A DNA stretch of 63,901 bases, counting the filler, from Octopus bimaculoides (lineage: Eukaryota): NCBI RefSeq assembly GCF_001194135.2. It is 6 parts of 6 records of this genome, joined end to end, with 100 filler letters (N's around TTAATTAATTAA, not from the genome) between each part and the next. Parts side by side here need not be neighbours in the genome. Positions count along the whole stretch, not along the records: positions 1 to 30,626 come from NC_069003.1; positions 30,727 to 42,047 come from NC_068993.1; 4 more parts are not named here. One strand, 5' to 3'. The position numbers were made by a program, and so were the translations under genes. Position 1 is the stretch's first letter. Every line of letters begins with the position of its first letter. Below are positions 24,481 to 35,915 of this stretch, piece by piece. The notes under the pieces were generated by a model that did not search any database, had not been told where the DNA came from, and saw nothing but the letters and a program-made list of their open reading frames with translations.

Positions 24481-24792
24481 TTTCCCATAAACTGAGTGTA
24501 TGTTTCGAGTTGCTTCGGCTGCAGAGTTTCCTTTTTTGTACTTATAAAGCATTATGCGCCTCAAATGCTCTTTGGATACTTCCATGTTAGAAAGGGTTTT
24601 AATCAAAGAAATTTTAATTCTATTATTCTGTAAAATGATATTTAATTAGTTTAAATGTGTACAAATGCATAAAGATAATTTTTAATTCCATTAGACATTC
24701 TAAAATACTATTAAATTTCATTCAATTTTTAAAAAAAAGGTAAAATCAGACAGAACTTATGGGATGACCTGATATATGGAGAAAGTGAAAGA

Positions 24793-24829
<37 letters not shown>

Positions 24830-24919
24830 CAAAATAGAAAGAGTATGAAATAAAGAGAGAAGAAAATAAAATAAAATATAGACCAACAACAGAATATATG
24901 GCAAATTACTGCTACTTAC

Positions 24920-25093
24920 TGTCAGGTATTTTAATACATTTGCTGAGAGATTCCTGACCAGTTCCGATAGTTGTCTTTCCTGTTGGGCATTTCACACAGA
25001 ACTGAGAAATTTGACGGTCCCCATAATATCCACTTAAACACTGGGTACACAGGGTTTTGGTATAGTTCATAGATTCTCCTTGAGGACAGATAT
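24920..25093 (-). CDS. Gene A exon: GCC2_GCC3 Cys repeat
   Basis: CATTACAG acceptor and GTAAGT donor, phase 1-1. Encodes H-ICPQGESMNYTKTLCTQCLSGYYGDRQISQFCVKCPTGKTTIGTGQESLSKCIKIPD. It is missing from the ORF track. Confidence 0.93.
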
Positions 25094-25269
25094 CTGTAAT
25101 GAGAACATGAAATAGCTGTTATTATAAGCTACAATGAAAGGTGGTAAGCTGGCAGAATAGTTAGCATGCTGGATGAAATGCTTAGCAGCATTTTGCCTGT
25201 CACTAAGTTCTGGGTTCAAATTCCGCCAAGGTCGACTGGGAAGGCGTAATTCACTACAAACTGCTTGAG

Positions 25270-25704
25270 TGCAACCAAGCACTCACGCAAAGCTCTATGA
25301 TCAACAATTGCACCAACTCAAGGAAGCAATTCAGCAAAAAAGACTAAATAGGTGAAATGGCATTTTTCTGCAACACAACAACATCTGTCCTCGCGTTGCC
25401 AATATGACCAAAGCTGAGATTCAAGAACTCAAATGAGAAGTGCTGTTTCATCTACCATAGTCTCCTGACTTGGCGCCATCAAATTTTCATCACTTTCAAC
25501 ATGGACGAATTCTTGGTTGGACGAATTCTTTGAGTCAAGACTGGGAGATTTCTATCACCAAGGCATTGTAAAACTTATTGAACGATAAAAGGAAGTCGTA
25601 AACAACAACAAAGAGTATATTATTAACTAATTTGTTGTAGATTTTTGGTTAAAATTAAATTTGAGAGAAAAACGCTCATAAATTATTTATTCTTCAACCC
25701 AATA
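25270..25704 (+). mobile_element. Mariner (DD34D-type) transposase C-terminal remnant with right TIR-like end
   Basis: Degenerate translation YDQQLHQLKEAIQQKR..GIFLQHNN..ELK*EVLFHLP*SPDLAPSNFH...WLDEFFESR..FYHQGIVKLIER*KEVVNNNKEYII. The element ends ...TTCTTCAACCCAATA (25704). Confidence 0.85.
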
Positions 25705-26106
25705 ATTTACTTATTAAAAAATATAACAGAATAAATTATCTACGCATGTTTTTAAGTTACAAAATTGTTATATAAGAATTTCCAACAGTTAAATAAACTT
25801 TATCACAATTTCTTTTGTTATATATATATATATATNNNNNNNNNNNNNNNNNNNNNNNNNNNNNNNNNNNNNNNNTATATAGGGAGAATTCACCAAAAAA
25901 ACAACAGACGAAGACAGGTGGTGTAGAAAACAAATATATATATATATATATATATGTGCATACATACACACACATTATCATGTACACATACACACATTCG
26001 TGTTTGTGCATGTGTACATGATAATGATGATCTTCGTTCTTACAACAACAACAACAAACATAATCCTAGCAACACTGTCACGGAATACATGAATTTAAAA
26101 ACTTAC

Positions 26107-26262
26107 GTAAACATTGCAACCCAGAAGTGGCTCCTGTTTCATAAGTTGTTTTGCCCTCACTGCAACGAATGCATTCAGTCATTTTCGGTTGTGGTTGGTA
26201 ATAGGATTTAGCACATTCTTTGCAACCAGTTGATGAGAGGTAGCTCCCTGCTTTACATGTCA
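26107..26262 (-). CDS. Gene A exon: GCC2_GCC3 Cys repeat
   Basis: TGTAACAG acceptor and GTAAGT donor, phase 1-1. Encodes V-TCKAGSYLSSTGCKECAKSYYQPQPKMTECIRCSEGKTTYETGATSGLQCL. Confidence 0.95.
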
Positions 26263-26494
26263 CTGTTACAAGTAAAGAAAATTAATAATTAACTCTTTAA
26301 CATTCAGATTACTATGTCAAATATAATACTTATTTATTTACAATGTTTTGAATTAATCATGCATTATCTAGTGGCTTCAAGATTCCAATGATGTGGCTCT
26401 ACCTTTATTTTTACTATTATATTCTAAGTAATGTGTGTGTTATCTAGCTAAATATGATGAAACAAATTGAGCAGGGGATTAAGTTAAGAGTTAT

Positions 26495-26535
<41 letters not shown>

Positions 26536-27806
26536 NNNNNNNNNNNNNNNNNNNNNNNNNNNNNNNNNNNNNNNNNNNNNNNNNNNNNNNNNNNNNNNNN
26601 NNNNNNNNNNNNNNNNNNNNNNNNNNNNNNNNNNNNNNNNNNNNNNNNNNNNNNNNNNNNNNNNNNNNNNNNNNNNNNNNNNNNNNNNNNNNNNNNNNNN
26701 NNNNNNNNNNNNNNNNNNNNNNNNNNNNNNNNNNNNNNNNNNNNNNNNNNNNNNNNNNNNNNNNNNNNNNNNNNNNNNNNNNNNNNNNNNNNNNNNNNNN
26801 NNNNNNNNNNNNNNNNNNNNNNNNNNNNNNNNNNNNNNNNNNNNNNNNNNNNNNNNNNNNNNNNNNNNNNNNNNNNNNNNNNNNNNNNNNNNNNNNNNNN
26901 NNNNNNNNNNNNNNNNNNNNNNNNNNNNNNNNNNNNNNNNNNNNNNNNNNNNNNNNNNNNNNNNNNNNNNNNNNNNNNNNNNNNNNNNNNNNNNNNNNNN
27001 NNNNNNNNNNNNNNNNNNNNNNNNNNNNNNNNNNNNNNNNNNNNNNNNNNNNNNNNNNNNNNNNNNNNNNNNNNNNNNNNNNNNNNNNNNNNNNNNNNNN
27101 NNNNNNNNNNNNNNNNNNNNNNNNNNNNNNNNNNNNNNNNNNNNNNNNNNNNNNNNNNNNNNNNNNNNNNNNNNNAATAGTTATGTTCTCCAGCCGGTAA
27201 CATATACTGCACTGAATAATTGTCTGCAGAATTGTTTCCGGAATTTGGCGCGCCAGAGCTGAGGCATTTTGAAAAATAACCCCAATGTAATCGGTAGAAC
27301 TGTATGCAAGTCTTATTTTATAAAGACAATTCGTGTATAGTTCTGCAAATTATATTGATTCTAGAACGATTGTGCTGATGAGAATATGGATGTTGTTACA
27401 TAAGTAAAACGTTATGTTGTGCTCATGAATGCAAGATCATGGTTTCAATTCCCAAACTGGATGGTTCGTTATGTTTTTGACCAAAACGCTTCATCTCACA
27501 TTGCTCTGTGATCACTTTGACACCTGACGCATGGTATACCGTGCACCTGTTCATGCAATATCAATTTGGTGTGTGAGGGGGTGAGCTAATGTACAGCACG
27601 TACATTTGATCATTATAACCAAATCATTTGTGCAGGTCGTTGAGCTGTATGAGCTGAACACTCATATATCATCTTGACTGAACCAAGTAAAAGAATTGAT
27701 TTCAAATTTTGGCACAAGGCCAGCAATTTTGGAGGAGGAGTTACGTAAATTACATTGACCCCAATGTTACAGTCGGTTGTGTTTTTTTTTTCTTTTTACT
27801 CCTTAC

Positions 27807-27974
27807 CTATGGAACAATCTGTAACGGACTGAGATCCAGTTGTTGGTGTCGACCTATCCTTAGGGCAACTCTCACAAGTAATGTCACGATTATGTGTGGT
27901 CTTGTAAGAGCCCACTGGACATGGGTAGCACTTCTCTTCATTGCTGTTCAGGTAGTGTCCTGGCTTACATAATA
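27807..27974 (-). CDS. Gene A exon: GCC2_GCC3 Cys repeat
   Basis: CCACCATAG acceptor and GTAAGG donor, phase 1-1. Encodes V-LCKPGHYLNSNEEKCYPCPVGSYKTTHNRDITCESCPKDRSTPTTGSQSVTDCSI. It is missing from the ORF track. Confidence 0.95.
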
Positions 27975-28293
27975 CTATGGTGGGAAGAGAGAGAAAAAAG
28001 AGAGAAGAGATTTAGTTAAGTAAATGTTTGTGTTTACAGAATAGATGAAAAATTAATTCAAGAAATAAAGTCTAGAGTTATTCTCCATTTGAAACTGAAA
28101 CTTTGTTTTGTCACTGTTTTGTCTACTGTTCAAATAATAGTACATTGTTTTGTCTTAGTGTAAAAGATGGGCTACAGCAAATATTCTGCTCAATACCACA
28201 GATTTGCTTGTTAGTTGTTTGACCTTAACCAGTTGAGCATGTCCCTTGGTGGCTGACGATATGTGCATCTCTGATCATGGGCTTCCATACAAT

Positions 28294-28675
28294 ATCATCA
28301 TCATCATCATCATTTAGCGCCTGCCCTCCATGCTGGCATGGGTTGGACGGTTTGTTTGAAAACTGATAAACTGGGGAGCTCCACCAGGTTCCAATCTAAT
28401 TTGACATGGTCTCTACAGCTGAATGCCCCTCCCAACAGCAACCACTGCAAGAGTGTAAGGGGTGTTTTTTACGTGCCACTGGCACAGGTGCCAGTTAGGT
28501 AACATTGGCATCAGCTGCAACTATGATCTCACTTGGCTTGACAGGTCTTCTCAACATGGTATGTCGTCAAAGGCCTCAGTCACTTGTCACTGCCTCTGTG
28601 AGGCCCAACACTCACTAGGTGCTTATTTAATGTGCCACCAGCACAGGTGCCAGTTATGCAACACTGGCATCAACC
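28294..28675 (-). mobile_element. 5'-truncated RTE LINE: ORF2 C-terminus, 3' UTR and (GAT)n tail
   Basis: The reverse complement of 28520-28610 (TTGGGCCTCACAGAGGCAGTGACAAGTGAC...GAGAAGACC..CAAGCCAAGTGAGA) matches the RTE ORF end at 62092-62210. Confidence 0.8.
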
Positions 28676-29720
28676 AAATTCACTCTAAGAGTATTGGTAA
28701 GCTTAAGATTATAGTAGAAGGGATTTGCCCAGATTTCTATGAAGTGGGACTGAACCTGAGACCATATAGTAGCCAAATGAACTTCTTAACTGCAAAACCA
28801 AGCCTTCACCCACACATTCATACATATAAATATATACATACATACATACATACATACATACATACATACATACATGCATGCATGCATGCATACATACATA
28901 CGTGCATGCATGCACACATACATACATGCATGCATGCATACATACATACATACATACATACATACATACGTACATATTATTTAAAGCAGTTTGATTCAGT
29001 TCCATGCAGTTTAAAGTTTCATTGGCTTTTCATAGAAAGCTAGGCACAGACATGGCTGTGCGGTAAGAAGTTGCTTCCCAACAACATGGTTCCCGGTTCA
29101 GTCCCACTGTGTGGCACTTCTATTATAGCCTTGGGCCAACCAAAGTTTTGTGAATGGATTTGATAGACAGAAACTGAATGAAACCCATCATATATATATA
29201 TGTATGTATGTATGTATTATAGATTTTATCAGGTACATGGAAGCAAACACTGGTCACCAAGGCTTTTGCCTGCAGCAACAGCAGTAGTTGTAGTAATAGC
29301 GAAACAGTCCGTCCTTCTTATATAAACTATTAATGACAGCCATACTTGTATTTTATTAAAAGATCAGAACTCGTCAGAAATATTTTCTGGCTCTGAAGAC
29401 AAAACTTAGCATCTGAAACCCCATTTTGAATATAATGTTTATAAAACTAAAATTCAGATTCTCTTATTCCAATGCATTCTGTTAATTTATTTAAATTCTA
29501 AGAGTTGTCTCCCTTCCATTTTTTGGCAAGTAGTATAAAGATAAAGATTGGTTCTTCTCGGAGAAGGAATACTTTGCATTATTAAAAAAATTTCTTGGCC
29601 CCTTATCTAATTGCTTTTCTTGCAGAATGTGTCTCTGGATATTTTCTCCAAGTCATTTATTTATGATAGAAATATATGGTCAACAAATTTTAATATAGTG
29701 CCAAATTATCATGTACTTAC

Positions 29721-29885
29721 CAAGAGTGCAGTCTGTAGAATAAACAGTCCCTTCTTTAGGTGTTGTTCTATCTTCCTGGGGACATTTGGTACATGCTGCG
29801 TTGCCTGATTGTTCTTTGAAGTACCCTCGAGGACACGGTAAACATTTCGAGTCACTTGACATGTAAAAGCCAGGTTTACAATATA
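29721..29885 (-). CDS. Gene A, most 5' exon found: GCC2_GCC3 Cys repeat (gene is 5'-incomplete)
   Basis: TTATTTCTAG acceptor and GTAAGT donor, phase 1-1. Encodes YCKPGFYMSSDSKCLPCPRGYFKEQSGNAACTKCPQEDRTTPKEGTVYSTDCTL. Confidence 0.95.
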
Positions 29886-29939
29886 CTAGAAATAAAATTT
29901 TTTTAAATAAGTGTGATTGAGGAGAAAACTTGATTGCTA

Positions 29940-30250
29940 TTTTTAGCAGACCTGTTGACCACAGAGGGTGCCCATCCCTCTTTGTGGCTCATTATTTTAG
30001 TACAACTAGCTGTAATTATTAACAGTTTTTTTTACCTAGGTAAATCCGGACAGAGCAGACCTATGATCTATGTTCAAATCCAAACCAAACCATCAATTCT
30101 TTTCAGGCATAGTGTATCTAGGACTACATAAACAAGTGTACCCTTCTTATTTTAAACACAGTTGGAAGTGTGGTTTGAGGGAGAGTGTTATCTGTGTTTT
30201 GAAATGTCTCAGACAGAGAAAAAGGGCTATAATTGTGCCATTTTTAAGGG
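29940..30250 (-). repeat. Interspersed repeat family e (also ~1580-1700, 10250-10330, 18510-18740, 39530-39700, 40780-40990)
   Basis: Shared ATTTGGCTGCTATTTCTAGCAGGTCG / ATGACCATCC motifs. Boundaries are approximate. Confidence 0.6.
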
Positions 30251-30580
30251 CCTCTACCAGGATAATGTATGTTGTATGTATGTGTGGTGTATATATAATG
30301 TGCATATAGTATATTTTCTGTGAGTGTGTGTATGTGTGTAATGTAATATGTGTGTTATGTGTTAAGCGATTACGTGTTCGTTGTGTGGCTAAGAAAATTA
30401 CTTTGCAATTACATGGTTGCAGGTTCAATTCTACTTCACATCACCATTAGAAAATGTTTTCTACTAAAGCCTCATGTCAACTAATAACTTGTGAGTGAAT
30501 TTGGCCAACACAAACTGTCAAAGTGTGACATACATCTATACATACATACATATACATGCATACATACATACATACATGCA

Positions 30581-30626
<46 letters not shown>

Positions 30627-30726
30627 NNNNNNNNNNNNNNNNNNNNNNNNNNNNNNNNNNNNNNNNNNNNTTAATTAATTAANNNNNNNNNNNNNNNNNN
30701 NNNNNNNNNNNNNNNNNNNNNNNNNN
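30627..30726. other. Artificial scaffold-join spacer (44 N + TTAATTAATTAA + 44 N)
   Basis: An identical 100-nt structure recurs five times, and the 12-mer places TAA stops in all six frames. Confidence 0.95.
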
Positions 30727-31366
30727 ATACATATATATATATATGTATATATATTTATAGAAATATATTTATTTATATATTTATACATATGTATATATAT
30801 ATATATATATATATACATACACACACACACATATACACATGGATACATTCACAGAGATGCACTCATAGATCGAGACGGTGCGTAAAGCAATAACTGGAGA
30901 CACGCACACACAGATAAACGGAAAAAGAAATAAGTAAAGCATTAGGTGACTCGTAGCGCCGGTTGTTACAGGAAGAAAGAAGAAAAAAATAACATAATGA
31001 TAATAGAGAGACGAGAAGAGAATAAGAATAAGATGAGATAAGATGGGGAGGAAGAGAGAGAAGGAAAAAGGAGTGAACGACTGCAAAGGTGAGAGAGTAA
31101 GCTGGAGTGAATTGAATGAAACGAAAAAGAGTGTGAGTTAAGAAGTGGAGTGCGAGCGAGCGAGCGAGCGATAGAGTGAGCGAGCGAGAGAGCAGCAAGG
31201 TGCGTATCGTACGCAACGCAAGTTACTTTAGTCGTCGGAATCGTAAATGAAATGCGCGTGGTGTGTATATAATAAGAAGAGACCAAAACCAAAAACAAAA
31301 CACGAGTCTGTAGCCGCCCTTTCTTGCCACTGATAAGAACTACCATCTTCGTTTTTGTTTATCTCC

Positions 31367-32560
31367 GTCATCATCATCATCATCATTGTCATCATTATCA
31401 TCATCATCATCGTCAAATATCGTCTTCGTTGTTGTTGGTGTTGTTGTTGTCTGTCACCACCAGTACCACAGTATTTTTAACCATTTTTTTTGTTTTTGTT
31501 TTACTAAACACTAAACAAGCTCTACCAACGTTCTTTAATAACTCCATCGCCAGCCACCGCCGCCGCCGCCATCTTTGCTACTACTACTGCTACTACTAAT
31601 ACTACCGCTACCACTACCTTCGCCAATCCAACCACCGCCGCTTCTGTTCGCCGCCACCACAACTGCCAAATTAAGGACATAGCCGGAACTCCGCCATCAC
31701 CAACGCCAACAACAATAACAATATCACTACGACCACCACCACCATCATCATCATCATCAGCAGCAGCATCATCATCATCATCATCGTCGTCGTCGTCATC
31801 ATCTTTGTCACAAATCATCACTTCCACTGCCACCATTACGGACAGTAACCAGCGCCGCTGCTACCACCACCACCACCACCACCACCATCACCATCATTAT
31901 CATCACTACCAACAACAACAATAACAACACTAACCTTACTACCGTCGTGGCTACTCGTACTGCAGCGGTTGTTCGCTGATACTTTAAAAATAAACAAAGA
32001 GAAGACAAAAAAGAAAAACAGACAGAAAAGAAGAAAAAAAAAAAAGGAAACATCGTTCATCCTCGCTCCAGACATCCACCCCTCCACCTCCAACAGTACC
32101 GCCGCCGCCACCACCCCAACCATCACCACCATCGTCATCATCATTAACATCACCACAAACAACACGTTACAGCAACAATTAACAGAACAATTTGAGAGAG
32201 CCACAACTTCGCCGTCAGTCACCACCACCACCTCCACCACAACCATACCTCACCACTTATGCCACGGCCGTTACAACAATACCTACAACTACAAGCGTTA
32301 CACCACCAACAACAATAACAACAATAATAACAATAATAATAATAATAATGATGATGATAATGATAATAATAAACAAATAAACGAAACATCGTCGCAGCAA
32401 GGTTTTTTTTTGTTTTTTTTTTACCAGTTCCACGACCAGTAAGAGAAACGGTAGTAGGATCACCACTACGAACTACCACCGCCGTATCACTACCAACAAT
32501 AACAACAACAGCAACAGTAGTAGTATTAAAAGCTGCACCAGCATCATTATCGTCATCAAC
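31367..32560. repeat. Dense mosaic of trinucleotide repeats (CAT, CAC, GCC, TAC, AAC, AAT)
   Basis: Visible directly. The overlapping ORFs are homopolymer-rich. Confidence 0.9.
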
Positions 32561-32814
32561 GCAAGACGCTATCAACCACTGCCAAAATTTTCGTAGACGT
32601 CTCCGGTTTGTTTGGCTATCATTTCCGTCACAATTACTTTTGGGTTTTTTTCGGTTCTTCTTTTCGCTGTTTCTTCGGCAGTCTGGACTCCATCGATCCA
32701 TCCGTCTATATACCCATCATCCATCCAACCATCGATCCATCCATCCATCCACCCATCGATCCATCCATCCATTTATCCAACTGATTACATCCATCCAACT
32801 TTTTGGTTTTTTAT

Positions 32815-32879
<65 letters not shown>

Positions 32880-34483
32880 AATATATATNNNNNNNNNNNN
32901 NNNNNNNNNNNNNNNNNNNNNNNNNNNNNNNNNNNNNNNNNNNNNNNNNNNNNNNNNNNNNNNNNNNNNNNNNNNNNNNNNNNNNNNNNNNNNNNNNNNN
33001 NNNNNNNNNNNNNNNNNNNNNNNNNNNNNNNNNNNNNNNNNNNNNNNNNNNNNNNNNNNNNNNNNNNNNNNNNNNNNNNNNNNNNNNNNNNNNNNNNNNN
33101 NNNNNNNNNNNNNNNNNNNNNNNNNNNNNNNNNNNNNNNNNNNNNNNNNNNNNNNNNNNNNNNNNNNNNNNNNNNNNNNNNNNNNNNNNNNNNNNNNNNN
33201 NNNNNNNNNNNNNNNNNNNNNNNNNNNNNNNNNNNNNNNNNNNNNNNNNNNNNNNNNNNNNNNNNNNNNNNNNNNNNNNNNNNNNNNNNNNNNNNNNNNN
33301 NNNNNNNNNNNNNNNNNNNNNNNNNNNNNNNNNNNNNNNNNNNNNNNNNNNNNNNNNNNNNNNNNNNNNNNNNNNNNNNNNNNNNNNNNNNNNNNNNNNN
33401 NNNNNNNNNNNNNNNNNNNNNNNNNNNNNNNNNNNNNNNNNNNNNNNNNNNNNNNNNNNNNNNNNNNNNNNNNNNNNNNNNNNNNNNNNNNNNNNNNNNN
33501 NNNNNNNNNNNNNNNNNNNNNNNNNNNNNNNNNNNNNNNNNNNNNNNNNNNNNNNNNNNNNNNNNNNNNNNNNNNNNNNNNNNNNNNNNNNNNNNNNNNN
33601 NNNNNNNNNNNNNNNNNNNNNNNNNNNTTTAGATCGAGCGGGATTTTGAAAAAAAACAAAAAAAAACATTTATTAAACTTCTGGCAAAAAGGCTTGATTG
33701 AACATCACCACATCTCATATTTAGACCTTATCAAAAAGTTACATGTTATAAAGTAAAGCAAAAACAAAAAAGAAAAGGAAAGAAATGAAAAGAAAACGAA
33801 AGGATAACGACGGAAAAGTAAAAGGAAACAAGGAAATATTCTAGTTATAAATCTCCATCTGTCTAAATAGATTGATAGCTAAAATCAATGTGACCGTTGC
33901 GTGCGTAAACACTCTTTTGGATGAGAGGAGCTTCCGTTTATATTTTATTTTATTATTTTATTCTGGTGTGGTGGTGTTGTTGGTTTTCTTTTTTGTTGTT
34001 TTCTACCCGATTACAAACAACACAAAAACGGGTGGAATAATATATATAGACACATACAGGACACACGCAAATATATCCGTCAGCATTTCCTTCTTTTCCC
34101 GCCCTTCTCTTTAATGGGTCTGTTTCTGTTTTTTCTTTCTATCTGAACGAAAATCCCCATCCAGCCGCGAAAACTAACACGCGCACACACACACGCACAT
34201 ATAAATATACACTTGTGTATACATACACACACACGAAGAATACGTATAACTACATAGATATGTGCTTTTTCACTCAATCAGAAACACACACACTCAGTAA
34301 TATTAATAATAGTTAGTCATCATCATCATTATCGTCATCATCACCACCACCACCACCACCACCACCACCACCACCATCATCATCATTACCACCATCATCA
34401 TCATTACCACCATAATAATAATAACAAAAGAACAACCACGTAACTTCGATCGCTCATTCTTCCTCCCGCTATTTCTCCTTGCA

Positions 34484-34518
<35 letters not shown>

Positions 34519-34931
34519 TTTCTCTTCCGTCTGGACTTGTTAACAGTAAAAGTTCTATAATATCTTCGTTGCTTTTTTTTCTTTCATTCTCCTCTTTCTT
34601 CTCTTGTTATGGTGAACCGAATTTTAGCGAACCAGTTTCGATTCTCACTTTTGGAACTACCGCTAACCATTCCTTCATTCATCACCACTTGGTCGTGTTG
34701 CTGTGGATTTTTTATGCCATCAATTAGAAGGAAAAACACGAAAAGCCATTAACATCACAACAGCATCTCGCATACCGTCACTTTTGTAAGAAAACGTTGA
34801 AAACCTCATTATTTTGCTAATTGTTACACAATTAAGTCATATTACTTTTTACTCACTGCGAGATACATTTCTTTTATTAGCCACACAGGACAAGATAATG
34901 ATAAAACAACCACAGCTAATGTTGTAACTTC

Positions 34932-34986
<55 letters not shown>

Positions 34987-35131
34987 GGTGGTGGTGGTGG
35001 TTGTTTCGACTACAGTTCCTTATTTTAACTTCCAAAACTCCGTACATCTCACAGAACTATTGTTGCATTCCTTTCGAGTAACTGTTTCACGTGTAGTTCT
35101 TTAAAAAGTAAAGACAGACAGACAGACAGAC

Positions 35132-35194
<63 letters not shown>

Positions 35195-35727
35195 GTCGGG
35201 GGGAGACAGTGTGGTGAAGATAGAGAAGAGAAGGAAATATAGAGAGAAGAGCGAAAATAATAAGAGATAAACAAATGTATCTGGAGATAGAGAGAACGAG
35301 ATAGAAAGTGAAAAATAGTCAGACAAGGAAAAGTGAAAGAGAGAGTATAAGATAAAAGAAGAGACAGAAAGAGTAAATGATTCTGAGAGAGGGGGAGAGG
35401 AAAGGACTGTTGCAGCAGATTGATAGACTGAAAGAGGGTAAAAGAGAAAGAGTGATAGATGTAGACTGGGGAAAGGGGGAAGGGGGATGCATAAAAAGAT
35501 TAGGAAAGGAAGAAGAGAGGGAGACCAGACTGCGCAAGACAGAGTGAGAGAGAGGGAGAGAGAAGGTCAGATAAAGAGAAAGTGGGAGTGATTGAAAAGG
35601 GACAGTCAGAAAGAAAAAGAAAGATTAACATTAAGTAATAGAGAGAGAGAGAGAAAGAAAAAGATATATATATAAGGTGACAAAGAGAAAAAGAGGGGAA
35701 AGAAGACAAATAGAGGGTAAAAGGCGG

Positions 35728-35915
35728 AAGAGAGAAAGAAAGTAAGTAAACAGTTAAGTAGAGGTAAGAGAGAAAGAAAGTAAGTAAACAGTTAAATAGA
35801 GGCAAGAGAGAAAGAAAGTAAGTAAACAGTTAAGTAGAGGCAAGAGAGAAAGAAAGTAAGTAAACAGTTAAGTGGAAAGAGAGAGAAAGAAAGTATATAA
35901 GTAGTTAAGTGGAAA
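35728..35915 (+). repeat. 38-bp minisatellite (AAGAGAGAAAGAAAGTAAGTAAACAGTTAAGTAGAGG[C/T]) x4-5 within a ~1-kb purine-rich tract
   Basis: Unit starts at 35728, 35766, 35804 and 35842. Confidence 0.9.

Noticed and set aside
30671-30682. TTAATTAATTAA motif recurring five times
   Set aside because: It is always centred in exactly 44+44 N, so it is an assembly linker and not biological.
31969-32442. 157-aa ORF with poly-K/T/N/Q
   Set aside because: It starts at a non-ATG codon and consists of simple repeats; there is no domain or supporting splice structure.
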